Shown: in pieces, positions 8,376 to 16,279 of the stretch | How positions within the stretch are numbered: position 1 is the first letter of the stretch | Layout of the letters: every line of letters begins with the position of its first letter | DNA from: an uncultured bacterium | Lineage (GTDB): Bacteria; Patescibacteriota; Gracilibacteria; UBA1369; PNNO01 | Direction of reading: 5' to 3' | NCBI GenBank assembly: GCA_963704705.1 | Contig: OY969931.1 | Span: 360,001-392,000 of the forward strand | DNA length: 32,000 nt | Notes under the pieces: model-generated | Database searches by the model: none | Told to the model about the DNA's origin: nothing | What the model saw: the letters and a program-made list of their open reading frames with translations, nothing else | Translations under genes and position numbers: made by a program

Positions 8376-10373
8376 TTAATAAGCAGCGTTAATTTTTGTT
8401 TGTATTTTGGGCATTATCTCTATAGGAAATTTAAATTCAACAGGTGTCGAAGTATAGTTTTGATTTTTAATAAATGTTTCAAGTTCTTCGCGTTTATCTG
8501 CGGATAGTGCTGATTCAACATTTTCTTTTCTCCAAAGTCCCAAAGACATAGGGTGTTCTCCAAGAGCAGCTGAAAGACAGTGCATAAGGTAATAAGCAAG
8601 CACACTCGGATTCCAATGTTTCTTAATACGATGCAATTTATAAAAGTTTCTTAAAATATCTAAAAATTCCTTAACCTGCTGCTCGCTTGTAAGCCCGTTT
8701 TCAAATTCAACATTAGGATGCGAACTGTCAGCATTATTAAAATTCAAATCAACAATTTTCATACCTGCTTTTTTCCTGTTTTTAGCTGCTTGAGGCGAAT
8801 TAACATAATCTTCATAATCAAATGAACCCGGCAACAGGGTGTAAATAAATGGGGTAACAATGTCTGCTCCGAGCTGTTTTGCATCTTCCGCAATCTGTTT
8901 GCCGCAACCGGGTTTGTCTCCTTCAAGCCCTACAATACAAGTGTAATTTACTGCAACGCCTCTTTTTTGCCACTCACCAATTACCATTTTTGTGTAGTCG
9001 AATACATCTTGCTTTGTTACTTCTTCAAAGGGTTTATTAAAATGTCTGGCAATATGAACAATGTTTTGTTTTTTATCCATTTCCTTTAAAACTTCCGGAT
9101 CAAAGCTTTCCTGACCAAAGAAAATCATAAAAACACCGGCATTTTTGCACAAATCCATGAATTCGGTGTCAATTTCATCATTTTTAACAACTTTTAAGTC
9201 AGATTGGAACATTATATTAATTTCCGCACCTGTTTCTTGTCTTACCCTAGCCATCATCACGAGAATTTCTCTGCAATTTTTATTTCTTAAAAAATTATTA
9301 TCAGTTATAAAAATAGTTTTAATACCTTCTTCAATTGCAGCCCTGTAAACAACTTCGGTTTCTTCAACGGTTTTATATCTCATCTTTCTGCCTTCAATGG
9401 TAACTGACGAACAAAATCTGCATTTATGCGGACAGCCTCTTGAAGCCTGGAAAGTTGCCATTGCAGATGCGTAGCCTTCAATTCTGGTTGGCTTTGGTAA
9501 GGGAATATCTGAAATATTTTCAACCAATGGATATTTGTATTTAGGCTTCAATTTACCATGCAATACATCAGCAAGAATATTTGCGAATCTGCCTTGTTCA
9601 ATCTCACCCTGTACAGGAATTACCCCAATCTCGATCAATTTAGCAACCGAGGCTTCATGGGTTATTATATGGGGCCCGCCCATTAAAATTTCGATATTTA
9701 AGTTGAGTCTAAGTGCAATTGCTTTTAATTGAAGAGCTATATCGTAAGCTCGCATAAATTGATTTGTTTGTATGCTTGTTAAACAAACAGTAATTTTGCG
9801 ATCCGGATTTTTTAAAGCGTGTTGAACAATTTCTTGTACCTGAATACCGTCTCCTGCTTTATCGTCATATTCGGCAACCTTAACAGGTACTCCATCGATT
9901 TGGCTTGGTGTTGCTGCTTCAATAATAGAATTTGCTCCCTGAGGCATGAAGGCAGCTGCAAATCTTTTAACTTTCTCCGAATTTCTATAGCGGGAAGGAC
10001 TACATAAAAGAATATCCAATTGTGTAGGAAGATTATCAGTATTTTCATTGGAATGTTCAGATGTGAATTCCTCTTTAAATGTTATTTTTCCATTTGGATT
10101 TGCAATTCTTTGCGGAGTTCTTAGTTTTGGCTCATTTTCAGGTATTATGCCAAATCTTTTCCCTATATCTGAAACCCTTTCCCTTACTGCTTCAGAAGCT
10201 TCAAACAATGGAATTAACATATCTCTGCAGTTAGCCAGTCTTCCGTTTCCAACTATAAAATCACCAAATTTTTGAATCAATGGGTTATTGAATCCAGCTT
10301 TAAGGCAAAATTTTAAAATTTCTCTTTGATCAGGTATTTCAGGAAGTCTTAATATGTTTTGAATGTGTTCCAT
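8376..10373 (-). CDS. B12-binding-domain radical SAM protein (class B / COG1032-like) with about 115-aa N-terminal extension
   Basis: 665 aa. The CxxxCxxC cluster is ASRGCPHKCRFCS. Upstream of it is a Rossmann-like B12-binding region (LDILLCSPS ... ILMGGPHIT). The TIM-barrel body is IFITDNNF ... FFGQES. The C-terminal tail is long. Confidence 0.8.
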   Translation of the reverse strand: MEHIQNILRLPEIPDQREILKFCLKAGFNNPLIQKFGDFIVGNGRLANCRDMLIPLFEASEAVRERVSDIGKRFGIIPENEPKLRTPQRIANPNGKITFKEEFTSEHSNENTDNLPTQLDILLCSPSRYRNSEKVKRFAAAFMPQGANSIIEAATPSQIDGVPVKVAEYDDKAGDGIQVQEIVQHALKNPDRKITVCLTSIQTNQFMRAYDIALQLKAIALRLNLNIEILMGGPHIITHEASVAKLIEIGVIPVQGEIEQGRFANILADVLHGKLKPKYKYPLVENISDIPLPKPTRIEGYASAMATFQASRGCPHKCRFCSSVTIEGRKMRYKTVEETEVVYRAAIEEGIKTIFITDNNFLRNKNCREILVMMARVRQETGAEINIMFQSDLKVVKNDEIDTEFMDLCKNAGVFMIFFGQESFDPEVLKEMDKKQNIVHIARHFNKPFEEVTKQDVFDYTKMVIGEWQKRGVAVNYTCIVGLEGDKPGCGKQIAEDAKQLGADIVTPFIYTLLPGSFDYEDYVNSPQAAKNRKKAGMKIVDLNFNNADSSHPNVEFENGLTSEQQVKEFLDILRNFYKLHRIKKHWNPSVLAYYLMHCLSAALGEHPMSLGLWRKENVESALSADKREELETFIKNQNYTSTPVEFKFPIEIMPKIQTKINAAY

Positions 10374-10398
10374 TATATGTTTGTGAGAGGCCGGAGAT

Positions 10399-10427
10399 AT
10401 TTTATAATTTTGTTTTTAAAATTTCAA
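10399..10427 (-). promoter_or_regulatory. Candidate promoter for the radical SAM gene
   Basis: The minus strand reads TTGAAA-(17 nt)-TAAAAT, about 25 nt upstream of the ATG at 10373. Confidence 0.4.
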
Positions 10428-10454
10428 CAGTAGAATTTTTGATATTGCAGTATA

Positions 10455-10483
10455 TTGACAAATTTATAAAAAAGTGGTATTAT
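10455..10483 (+). promoter_or_regulatory. Sigma70-like promoter for the repeat-protein gene
   Basis: TATATTGACA-(17 nt)-TATTAT lies 39 nt upstream of the ATG at 10523. It is inside the longer TTG-started track ORF, which argues for the 10523 start. Confidence 0.5.
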
Positions 10484-10522
10484 TTACAATGTAAGAATAT
10501 ACCAATAATAAAAAACAAAAAT

Positions 10523-11104
10523 ATGTATAAAAAACTCATGGCATTCTTATTTTTATGGATTTTGCCAATATCAATTTTTGCAAAGGGGTATGTTGTAACC
10601 GAGGGGTATATTGTCCCTGAAAAGTTAGCGATTCTTTCAAATCATGAAGTTTCAGCAAATATTAGTCTGGGACAGGATGTTACTTATGTACGAAGTGTAA
10701 TATCTGAAGTTGTTATGGAAAAAGGCAGTTATATTGAAAAGGATGTAAATGAATTGATTTCTGAAAAAAACCTGAAACCTATAAATACGGATTATAATGT
10801 TGAAAAGTTAAATTCTGACGCAGTTCTTGATTTGCCTAAGCAACTTAAACAAATCGAAAAACTGGAAAAGGCAGAAAAAGTTCAAAAAACCGAGAACTTT
10901 GCCTTGAAAGCTTCTGTTAATAAAGTCGATAAGTCTGAAAAGGTTGAGAAAGTAGAGAAAGTTGAGAAAGTAGAGAAATTAGAGAAAGTAGAGAAATTAG
11001 AGAAGGCTGATAAAATTGAGAAAGTTGATAAAGTTGATAAAACTAACAAATCGAAAAAAACAAATAATTCCAAAAAACGGTCTAAAGGAACACATAAAAA
11101 ATAA
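10523..11104 (+). CDS. Secreted protein with a C-terminal Lys/Glu-rich tandem-repeat (EKV/DKV) region and a poly-basic tail
   Basis: From the ATG at 10523 the protein starts MYKKLMAFLFLWILPISIFAKG, which is signal-peptide-like. The C-terminus reads VDKSEKVEKVEKVEKVEKLEKVEKLEKADKIEKVDKVDKTNKSKKTNNSKKRSKGTHKK. Confidence 0.6.
   Translation: MYKKLMAFLFLWILPISIFAKGYVVTEGYIVPEKLAILSNHEVSANISLGQDVTYVRSVISEVVMEKGSYIEKDVNELISEKNLKPINTDYNVEKLNSDAVLDLPKQLKQIEKLEKAEKVQKTENFALKASVNKVDKSEKVEKVEKVEKVEKLEKVEKLEKADKIEKVDKVDKTNKSKKTNNSKKRSKGTHKK
10928..11044 (+). repeat. 13 tandem 9-bp units (GAKAARNYN), in frame, inside the CDS
   Basis: Units read gataagtct gaaaaggtt gagaaagta gagaaagtt gagaaagta gagaaatta gagaaagta gagaaatta gagaaggct gataaaatt gagaaagtt gataaagtt gataaaact. 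Confidence 0.85.
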
Positions 11105-11107
11105 AAA

Positions 11108-11668
11108 ATGAAAAAAATCATTGTGCACACAATGTTGATAGTTACGCTTGCATTATCTGTATTGCTTTTTATCCAGTATGAAAATATGCAAAATGAAGAT
11201 TTGGAAGCGAATATATTATTGGAAAAGAATGATAATTATCAGGATGAGAATATTTCGAATTATTCTGAAGAACAATTTAATGTGATTGAAAAATATGGAA
11301 AACCCGATGAATTTATAATTAATTTAAATTATAACGATGAACCCCGATATGAGGTTTGGAAATATGTGAGTTTGGGTAAAATTTTTATTTTTGAAGGAGG
11401 TAAGTACATAAGCAGTACCGATTATGATTTCAATATACCTAAAGAAATATATTTACGGGCAAAGATTTCACCAAAAGATGTTTATAATTTAAAAACTATT
11501 AATGATTTGAATTCTTTATTGGAAGTAGAACCAACCGCAACAGATGAAATAGATCAGGAATTATTAAAAAATACAGTGTATTTTGATTACGGAAATGTAA
11601 TATCAGCTGCAACTACAGATGATAATCTTATATTTATTAAGACTCAGACTTTTACAATTGGTGATTAA
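11108..11668 (+). CDS. Hypothetical membrane-anchored or secreted protein
   Basis: 186 aa with an N-terminal hydrophobic helix (MKKIIVHTMLIVTLALSVLLFI). It starts 4 nt after the preceding gene. I recognise no motif. Confidence 0.5.
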   Translation: MKKIIVHTMLIVTLALSVLLFIQYENMQNEDLEANILLEKNDNYQDENISNYSEEQFNVIEKYGKPDEFIINLNYNDEPRYEVWKYVSLGKIFIFEGGKYISSTDYDFNIPKEIYLRAKISPKDVYNLKTINDLNSLLEVEPTATDEIDQELLKNTVYFDYGNVISAATTDDNLIFIKTQTFTIGD

Positions 11669-11680
11669 TTCATCAAAAAT

Positions 11681-13828
11681 TTAAGCCTTGAATCTTTTAA
11701 CTCTAAGACTGTTTGTAATTACCGAAACCGAGCTCATAGACATTGCAAAACTGGCAATAACAGGACTTAATAATCCAAATCCGGCTATAGGTAAACCAAT
11801 TACATTATAAACGAAGGCCCAGAAAAGATTTTGCTTTATAGCTTTAAAAGTACGCTGTGATAACTTTATTGCAGTATAAACTTTCTCAGGAGAACCTCGC
11901 ATTATTACAATATTTCCGGTTTCAATAGCTACATCGGTTCCTGTACCAAGTGCAATTCCAAGGTCAGATTGAGCAAGGGCTGGAGCATCATTTATCCCGT
12001 CACCTACAAATGCAACTTTCATGCCTGTGTCCTGAAGATTTTTTATTTCTTTGGCTTTGTGTTCGGGCAACACTTCGGCAATTACATCATTAATGCCAAG
12101 TTGTTTTGCAATTGCTTCTGCGGTTTTTTTATTGTCGCCGGTTATCATCATTACATTGATTTTTATATTTTTAAGTTTATCAACCGCTTCTTTTGATTCT
12201 GATTTCAAGGTATCCATTAAACCAATTACACCGATCAAATGATTGCCGTGAGAAACATATACAGGTGTTTTTCCTTCGTTAGTTAATTTTTCTACTTGTT
12301 TTTTTGTTGTTGCCTCTATAGGAATATGGCTTTCTTCCATTAATTTTAAATTTCCAAGTCTAAGATCAGTTTTGTTTTCTTTACTTTTTGCTGTAACTCC
12401 TTTTCCTTTAATTTCCCTAAAATCTTCAAGCTTTGTTTCGTCTGAATTTTGTTTTTTACCAAATTCCGCGATTGATTGCGAAAGTGGATGGTTTGAAAGC
12501 ATTGCCAGGCTATAAGAGATTTTAAGCAGTTTGTCTTTTGCAAAATCAAATGGAATAACATCAGTTACTTCGGGTTTCCCTTCGGTTAAAGTTCCGGTTT
12601 TATCAAATATAACAACATCAATCTTGTTTGATTTCTCAAGTGTTTCACCATTTTTTATAAGTATTCCATTTTTTGCTCCAACACCTGTTCCAACCATTAT
12701 TGCTGTTGGGGTTGCAAGCCCAAGAGCGCAAGGGCATGCAATAACCAATACAGCAACCGCAGGAAGTATGCTTGTTTCAATATTTCCCGTAATTAAAAAC
12801 CAAGCTGTAAATGTTATAATACCAATTATTATTACAATAGGTACAAAAATTGAAGAAATTTTATCAGCAAGTTTTTGGATGGGAGCTTTTGACATTTGAG
12901 CTTCTTCAACCATTTGAATTATTTGAGAAAGCACTGTGTCTCCCGCTGCTTTGGTTACGGTTATTTTAAGATTCCCATTTTGATTTAATGTTGCACCAAA
13001 AACCTCATCGCCTGCTTTTTTATCAACCGGAATACTTTCTCCTGTTAACATACTTTCATCCAAAGAAGCCTCTCCTTCAGTGATTTTTCCGTCTAATGGA
13101 ATTTTTTCACCTGCTTTAATATGAAGAATATCTCCGACTTTAAGTTTTTCAACCGGAATTTCCACCTCTTTCCCATCTTTAATAACTCTGGCATTTTTAG
13201 CACCGAGTTCCAGCAATTTTTTTAGGGCATTACTTGCTTTGCCTTTGCTAATTGCTTCAAGCCATTTCCCCAGATTAATTAAAGTAATAATCGCAGCTGC
13301 AGCTTCAAAGTAGACATGATGTCCACTAAACATAGCCCAAACGCTGTATGTAAATGAGGAAAGCGTTCCAAGAGACACAAGGCTGTCCATATTTGAAGTG
13401 AAATGGATCAGCTTTTTTGCTGCATTTTTATGGAAGTGATATCCAAATACAAATACAACTATTGCAGTTAAAATCGCATAAGCCCACATTGGCAACAAAT
13501 CAGGCAAAAACATCATACTAATTACAGGGACAGTAAATATTGCTGCACCTAAAAATCTGTAAAACGCTGTTTTTACTTCTTTTTTTGTTTCAGCTTCCAT
13601 ATTTGGTTCTTTGCCGGTTATTTCAAATGCACCATAACCAGCTTTTTCAATTGCTTTAATTACCTCATCAATACTGGTTTGCTTCTCATCATATTCAACC
13701 TGTGCTTTATTATTTGCGATATTAACCTGCGCATTTTTAACACCATTTACATCAAGTATTGCGTTTTCGCTGAGCTTTGCACAGCTACCGCAGGTCATGC
13801 CTGTAATTTTTAAATTTTTTATTATCAT
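11681..13828 (-). CDS. copA: Copper-translocating P1B-type ATPase
   Basis: The protein has an N-terminal HMA domain (GMTCGSCA), a CPC transmembrane metal site (ACPCALGLATP), DKTGTLT, TGDN and GDGINDAP. I prefer the ATG at 13828 (MIIKNLKITGMTCGSCA) over the TTG at 13846. Confidence 0.9.
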   Translation of the reverse strand: MIIKNLKITGMTCGSCAKLSENAILDVNGVKNAQVNIANNKAQVEYDEKQTSIDEVIKAIEKAGYGAFEITGKEPNMEAETKKEVKTAFYRFLGAAIFTVPVISMMFLPDLLPMWAYAILTAIVVFVFGYHFHKNAAKKLIHFTSNMDSLVSLGTLSSFTYSVWAMFSGHHVYFEAAAAIITLINLGKWLEAISKGKASNALKKLLELGAKNARVIKDGKEVEIPVEKLKVGDILHIKAGEKIPLDGKITEGEASLDESMLTGESIPVDKKAGDEVFGATLNQNGNLKITVTKAAGDTVLSQIIQMVEEAQMSKAPIQKLADKISSIFVPIVIIIGIITFTAWFLITGNIETSILPAVAVLVIACPCALGLATPTAIMVGTGVGAKNGILIKNGETLEKSNKIDVVIFDKTGTLTEGKPEVTDVIPFDFAKDKLLKISYSLAMLSNHPLSQSIAEFGKKQNSDETKLEDFREIKGKGVTAKSKENKTDLRLGNLKLMEESHIPIEATTKKQVEKLTNEGKTPVYVSHGNHLIGVIGLMDTLKSESKEAVDKLKNIKINVMMITGDNKKTAEAIAKQLGINDVIAEVLPEHKAKEIKNLQDTGMKVAFVGDGINDAPALAQSDLGIALGTGTDVAIETGNIVIMRGSPEKVYTAIKLSQRTFKAIKQNLFWAFVYNVIGLPIAGFGLLSPVIASFAMSMSSVSVITNSLRVKRFKA

Positions 13829-13867
13829 TATATATATATTGATCAATTAAACTCATATATGCAAGCG

Positions 13868-13901
13868 ACAAATCTCACTTTATTATTTGAATAAGATTTG
13901 T
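13868..13901. promoter_or_regulatory. Inverted repeat in the copA / small-ORF divergent region
   Basis: ACAAATCT-(18 nt)-AGATTTGT has 8-bp perfect arms. It is followed by the direct repeat TAATCTAA at 13902-13909 and 13920-13927. Function unknown. Confidence 0.25.
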
Positions 13902-13932
13902 TAATCTAATTTAAGAACCTAATCTAAATTAT

Positions 13933-14103
13933 ATGACTACAGTAAGATATTATCGAAATGAAATTGTGAGATCGGGAATCGGTATGGGAACAGCTCTTGC
14001 AATGATTCTTAGCTGGTCCGCTAACAGCTCAATTCTATGGGCAATTATTCATGGTTTTTTAAGCTGGTTTTATGTGATTTATTTTGCTCTGTTTAAAATG
14101 TGA
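13933..14103 (+). CDS. Small hydrophobic membrane protein (56 aa), below the ORF-track size cutoff
   Basis: Hand translation gives MTTVRYYRNEIVRSGIGMGTALAMILSWSANSSILWAIIHGFLSWFYVIYFALFKM followed by TGA. Two predicted TM segments are present. It fills an otherwise empty 276-nt gap. Confidence 0.45.
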   Translation: MTTVRYYRNEIVRSGIGMGTALAMILSWSANSSILWAIIHGFLSWFYVIYFALFKM

Positions 14104-14122
14104 TTGATTCTTTGGAAAACGA

Positions 14123-14875
14123 TTAATGTACAGGCAAAAACAATAATAGAAACATAATACCTGCTCCAATAAAAATACTTATCAATTGAAATATTGATAT
14201 AGAAATTTTAGTTTCTTTATGAAGTTCCGGTATTAAATCTGTATTTGCAATATATAAAAATCCGCCAATTGTAATAGGAATAATAACACCTGTTACATCG
14301 ATATTTGCTCCTATAATTAGAACCACTAATGCACCTGCAACAGCTGTTAATGCCGATAAGAAGTTAAACAACAAAGCTTTACTTGCTTTCATGCCGGAAT
14401 GTAAAAGTACGCCGAAATCCCCCATTTCCTGAGGGATTTCATGTAAAATCACCGCGATTGTGGTAGCAATCCCTACAGGAATACTTAGCATAAAGCTACC
14501 TGCAATCAATACACCATCAATAAAATTATGAATCGCATCCCCAACAAGATTCATAAATGCCAAAGGGTGTATGTGATTTTTGCAAGCTGTTAAATGGCAG
14601 TGACGCCAATGTATAATTTTTTCCAAAACAAAGAAAATAATTATTCCCAGTAAAATAAAAAAAGATGATTTCAAATTTAAAGCTCCTTCTTCCGCTAATT
14701 CCGGAATCATGTGTATAAATACATCTCCGAGCATTGCACCAGCTGCAAAACTCACCATTATTATTAGAATCTTTTTAATAATTTGCTGTTTAATTACCAT
14801 TACAATTGCACCGATCAGAGAAATCGAACTTACAATCATTACTGCGAATAACGAATAAATCCAAATATCAATCAT
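14123..14875 (-). CDS. zupT: ZIP-family divalent metal (zinc) transporter, ZupT/GufA-like
   Basis: 250 aa with 8 TM helices. Signature motifs are HNFIDGVLIAGSF and LHEIPQEMGDFGVLL. Confidence 0.9.
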   Translation of the reverse strand: MIDIWIYSLFAVMIVSSISLIGAIVMVIKQQIIKKILIIMVSFAAGAMLGDVFIHMIPELAEEGALNLKSSFFILLGIIIFFVLEKIIHWRHCHLTACKNHIHPLAFMNLVGDAIHNFIDGVLIAGSFMLSIPVGIATTIAVILHEIPQEMGDFGVLLHSGMKASKALLFNFLSALTAVAGALVVLIIGANIDVTGVIIPITIGGFLYIANTDLIPELHKETKISISIFQLISIFIGAGIMFLLLFLPVH

Positions 14876-14887
14876 TTTAATTTTTAG

Positions 14888-15259
14888 TTAAGAGCACTTT
14901 TTGCAAATGCCTGAAATAGTTAAATTATGAGAAATATGCGAAAAATTTTTTATATTTTCAAATATATGCTTGCATGGCAGACATTCTGAATATCCGCATT
15001 TTTTACAAATAATATGATGATGCTGTTTTTTATCCAAATAATAATATTCCTTATCGTTAAGCCTTTCTTCGAAGACTATTCCTATAGTTTTAAAGAGATT
15101 TAAAATTCTATAAACTGAAGCCAAATCAATTTTCTTTTTAAGTTTATTGTGTATTTGACTCGCATTTAAAGGCATATGATTTGTTTCAAGGAGTTCAAGA
15201 ACCATTAGTCTTGGCTTTGTTAACTTATAACCTTTATTTTGAATAATTTCTTCAAACAT
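14888..15259 (-). CDS. Fur-family metalloregulator (Zur-like by context)
   Basis: The N-terminus GYKLTKPRLMVLELLE...ASVYRILNLFKTIGIV is a Fur-type winged helix. CKKCGYSECLPC ... CKKCS supplies a structural Zn site from CxxC pairs. The gene sits 12 nt upstream of the ZIP gene. I prefer the start at 15259 (MFEEIIQNKGYKLT) because the longer track ORF (start 15307) would put a perfect 25-bp palindrome and a predicted -10 inside coding sequence. Confidence 0.8.
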   Translation of the reverse strand: MFEEIIQNKGYKLTKPRLMVLELLETNHMPLNASQIHNKLKKKIDLASVYRILNLFKTIGIVFEERLNDKEYYYLDKKQHHHIICKKCGYSECLPCKHIFENIKNFSHISHNLTISGICKKCS

Positions 15260-15273
15260 ATTTAGATGGTATT

Positions 15274-15298
15274 CTAATTGCAAACAATTTGCAATTAG
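15274..15298. promoter_or_regulatory. Perfect 11-3-11 palindrome, candidate Fur-family (Zur) operator
   Basis: CTAATTGCAAA-caa-TTTGCAATTAG is 25 bp with no mismatch. It lies 15 nt upstream of the preferred start codon and downstream of an extended -10 (minus strand cTGgTAATAT, 15310-15318). Confidence 0.55.
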
Positions 15299-15310
15299 AA
15301 ATTTCATTTA

Positions 15311-15339
15311 TATTACCAGCTAATAAAATCTGATATAAT
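15311..15339 (+). promoter_or_regulatory. Candidate extended -10 promoter for the EamA gene
   Basis: TGaTATAAT at 15331-15339 has a weak -35 (TATTAC). It lies 24 nt upstream of the TTG start at 15363. Confidence 0.4.
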
Positions 15340-15362
15340 TCAATTATTGATAATTTGATTAT

Positions 15363-16259
15363 TTGAAAGGAATTTTAAAACATAAAGAAATTCAGGGTGA
15401 AATATTTATATTTTTAGACAATTCGATTTGGGCGCTTTTTCCAATCTTTGTTATTTTAACGGTTTCAAAAATATCATCGATTTTTGCAGCAGCCATAAGC
15501 ACTTTATTTGCTGCTTTATTTTTTGCAATCCTTGTAACTTATAAAAAACAATGGCACGAGATTAAAGTAAAAAAAGCCCTCAAAGATATTTTGATTATGA
15601 CCGTACTAATTGGAATATTATTTTACATATTACTTTTTATTGCAGTTGAACAGACCACAGCAGGTAACGCATCAATCATCCTTTTAATGGAAGTGTTTTT
15701 TACAATGGTGATTTTGGGCTTATGGAAAAAGGAAAAGCAAACAATAAAAAGTGTCGGCGGCGGTTTTTTAATGGTGATTGGCGCTTTTTTTGTAATGTTT
15801 AAAGGTGGATTTGTGCTTAATCAGGGCGATATCTTAATTCTTTTAGCTACCATTCTTCCGCCTATTGGCAATTATTATTCTCAAAGAGCCCGTAAATTAG
15901 TTGGTTCAAATATAATTATGTTTGTTAGGAGTATGGTCGCGGGACTTTTTATGTTAGGTCTTGCATTTATTGTTGAACAAACACCGTCATTAATTGATAT
16001 TAAGGATTCATTATTAAATTTATTTATAACCGGATTTGTAATTCTTGGTTTATCTAAGATTTTTTGGATTGAAGCAATTCACAGAATAAGTATTACAAAG
16101 GCAATCACATTAACTGCTTATGCTCCTGCTTTTACTTTGATATTTGCTTATTTTATTCTTGGAGATATTCCGACAATTTGGCAGATACTTGGCTTTATTC
16201 CAATGGTAGTTGGCATATACTTAATTACAGAAATCAAGAATTTTGCGAAGCAAAAGTAA
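15363..16259 (+). CDS. EamA/DMT-superfamily transporter
   Basis: 298 aa with about 10 TM helices arranged as two EamA-like halves. The start is TTG; there is no in-frame ATG near the N-terminus. Confidence 0.7.
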   Translation: MKGILKHKEIQGEIFIFLDNSIWALFPIFVILTVSKISSIFAAAISTLFAALFFAILVTYKKQWHEIKVKKALKDILIMTVLIGILFYILLFIAVEQTTAGNASIILLMEVFFTMVILGLWKKEKQTIKSVGGGFLMVIGAFFVMFKGGFVLNQGDILILLATILPPIGNYYSQRARKLVGSNIIMFVRSMVAGLFMLGLAFIVEQTPSLIDIKDSLLNLFITGFVILGLSKIFWIEAIHRISITKAITLTAYAPAFTLIFAYFILGDIPTIWQILGFIPMVVGIYLITEIKNFAKQK

Positions 16260-16279
16260 CCTGATATAATCGTTTTGCT

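Noticed and set aside
10439-10522. TTG-started extension of the repeat-protein ORF
   Set aside because: It contains the best promoter in the region (TTGACA-17-TATTAT), and the signal peptide starts at the Met at 10523.
10928-11044. Possible CRISPR or other non-coding repeat array
   Set aside because: The units are 9 bp, contiguous without spacers and in frame within a long ORF. This is a coding tandem repeat, not a CRISPR array.
13829-13846. TTG start for copA at 13846
   Set aside because: The added residues (MINIYI) are encoded by a TATATATA stretch that looks like promoter or leader sequence. The ATG at 13828 places the HMA domain at the usual distance from the N-terminus.
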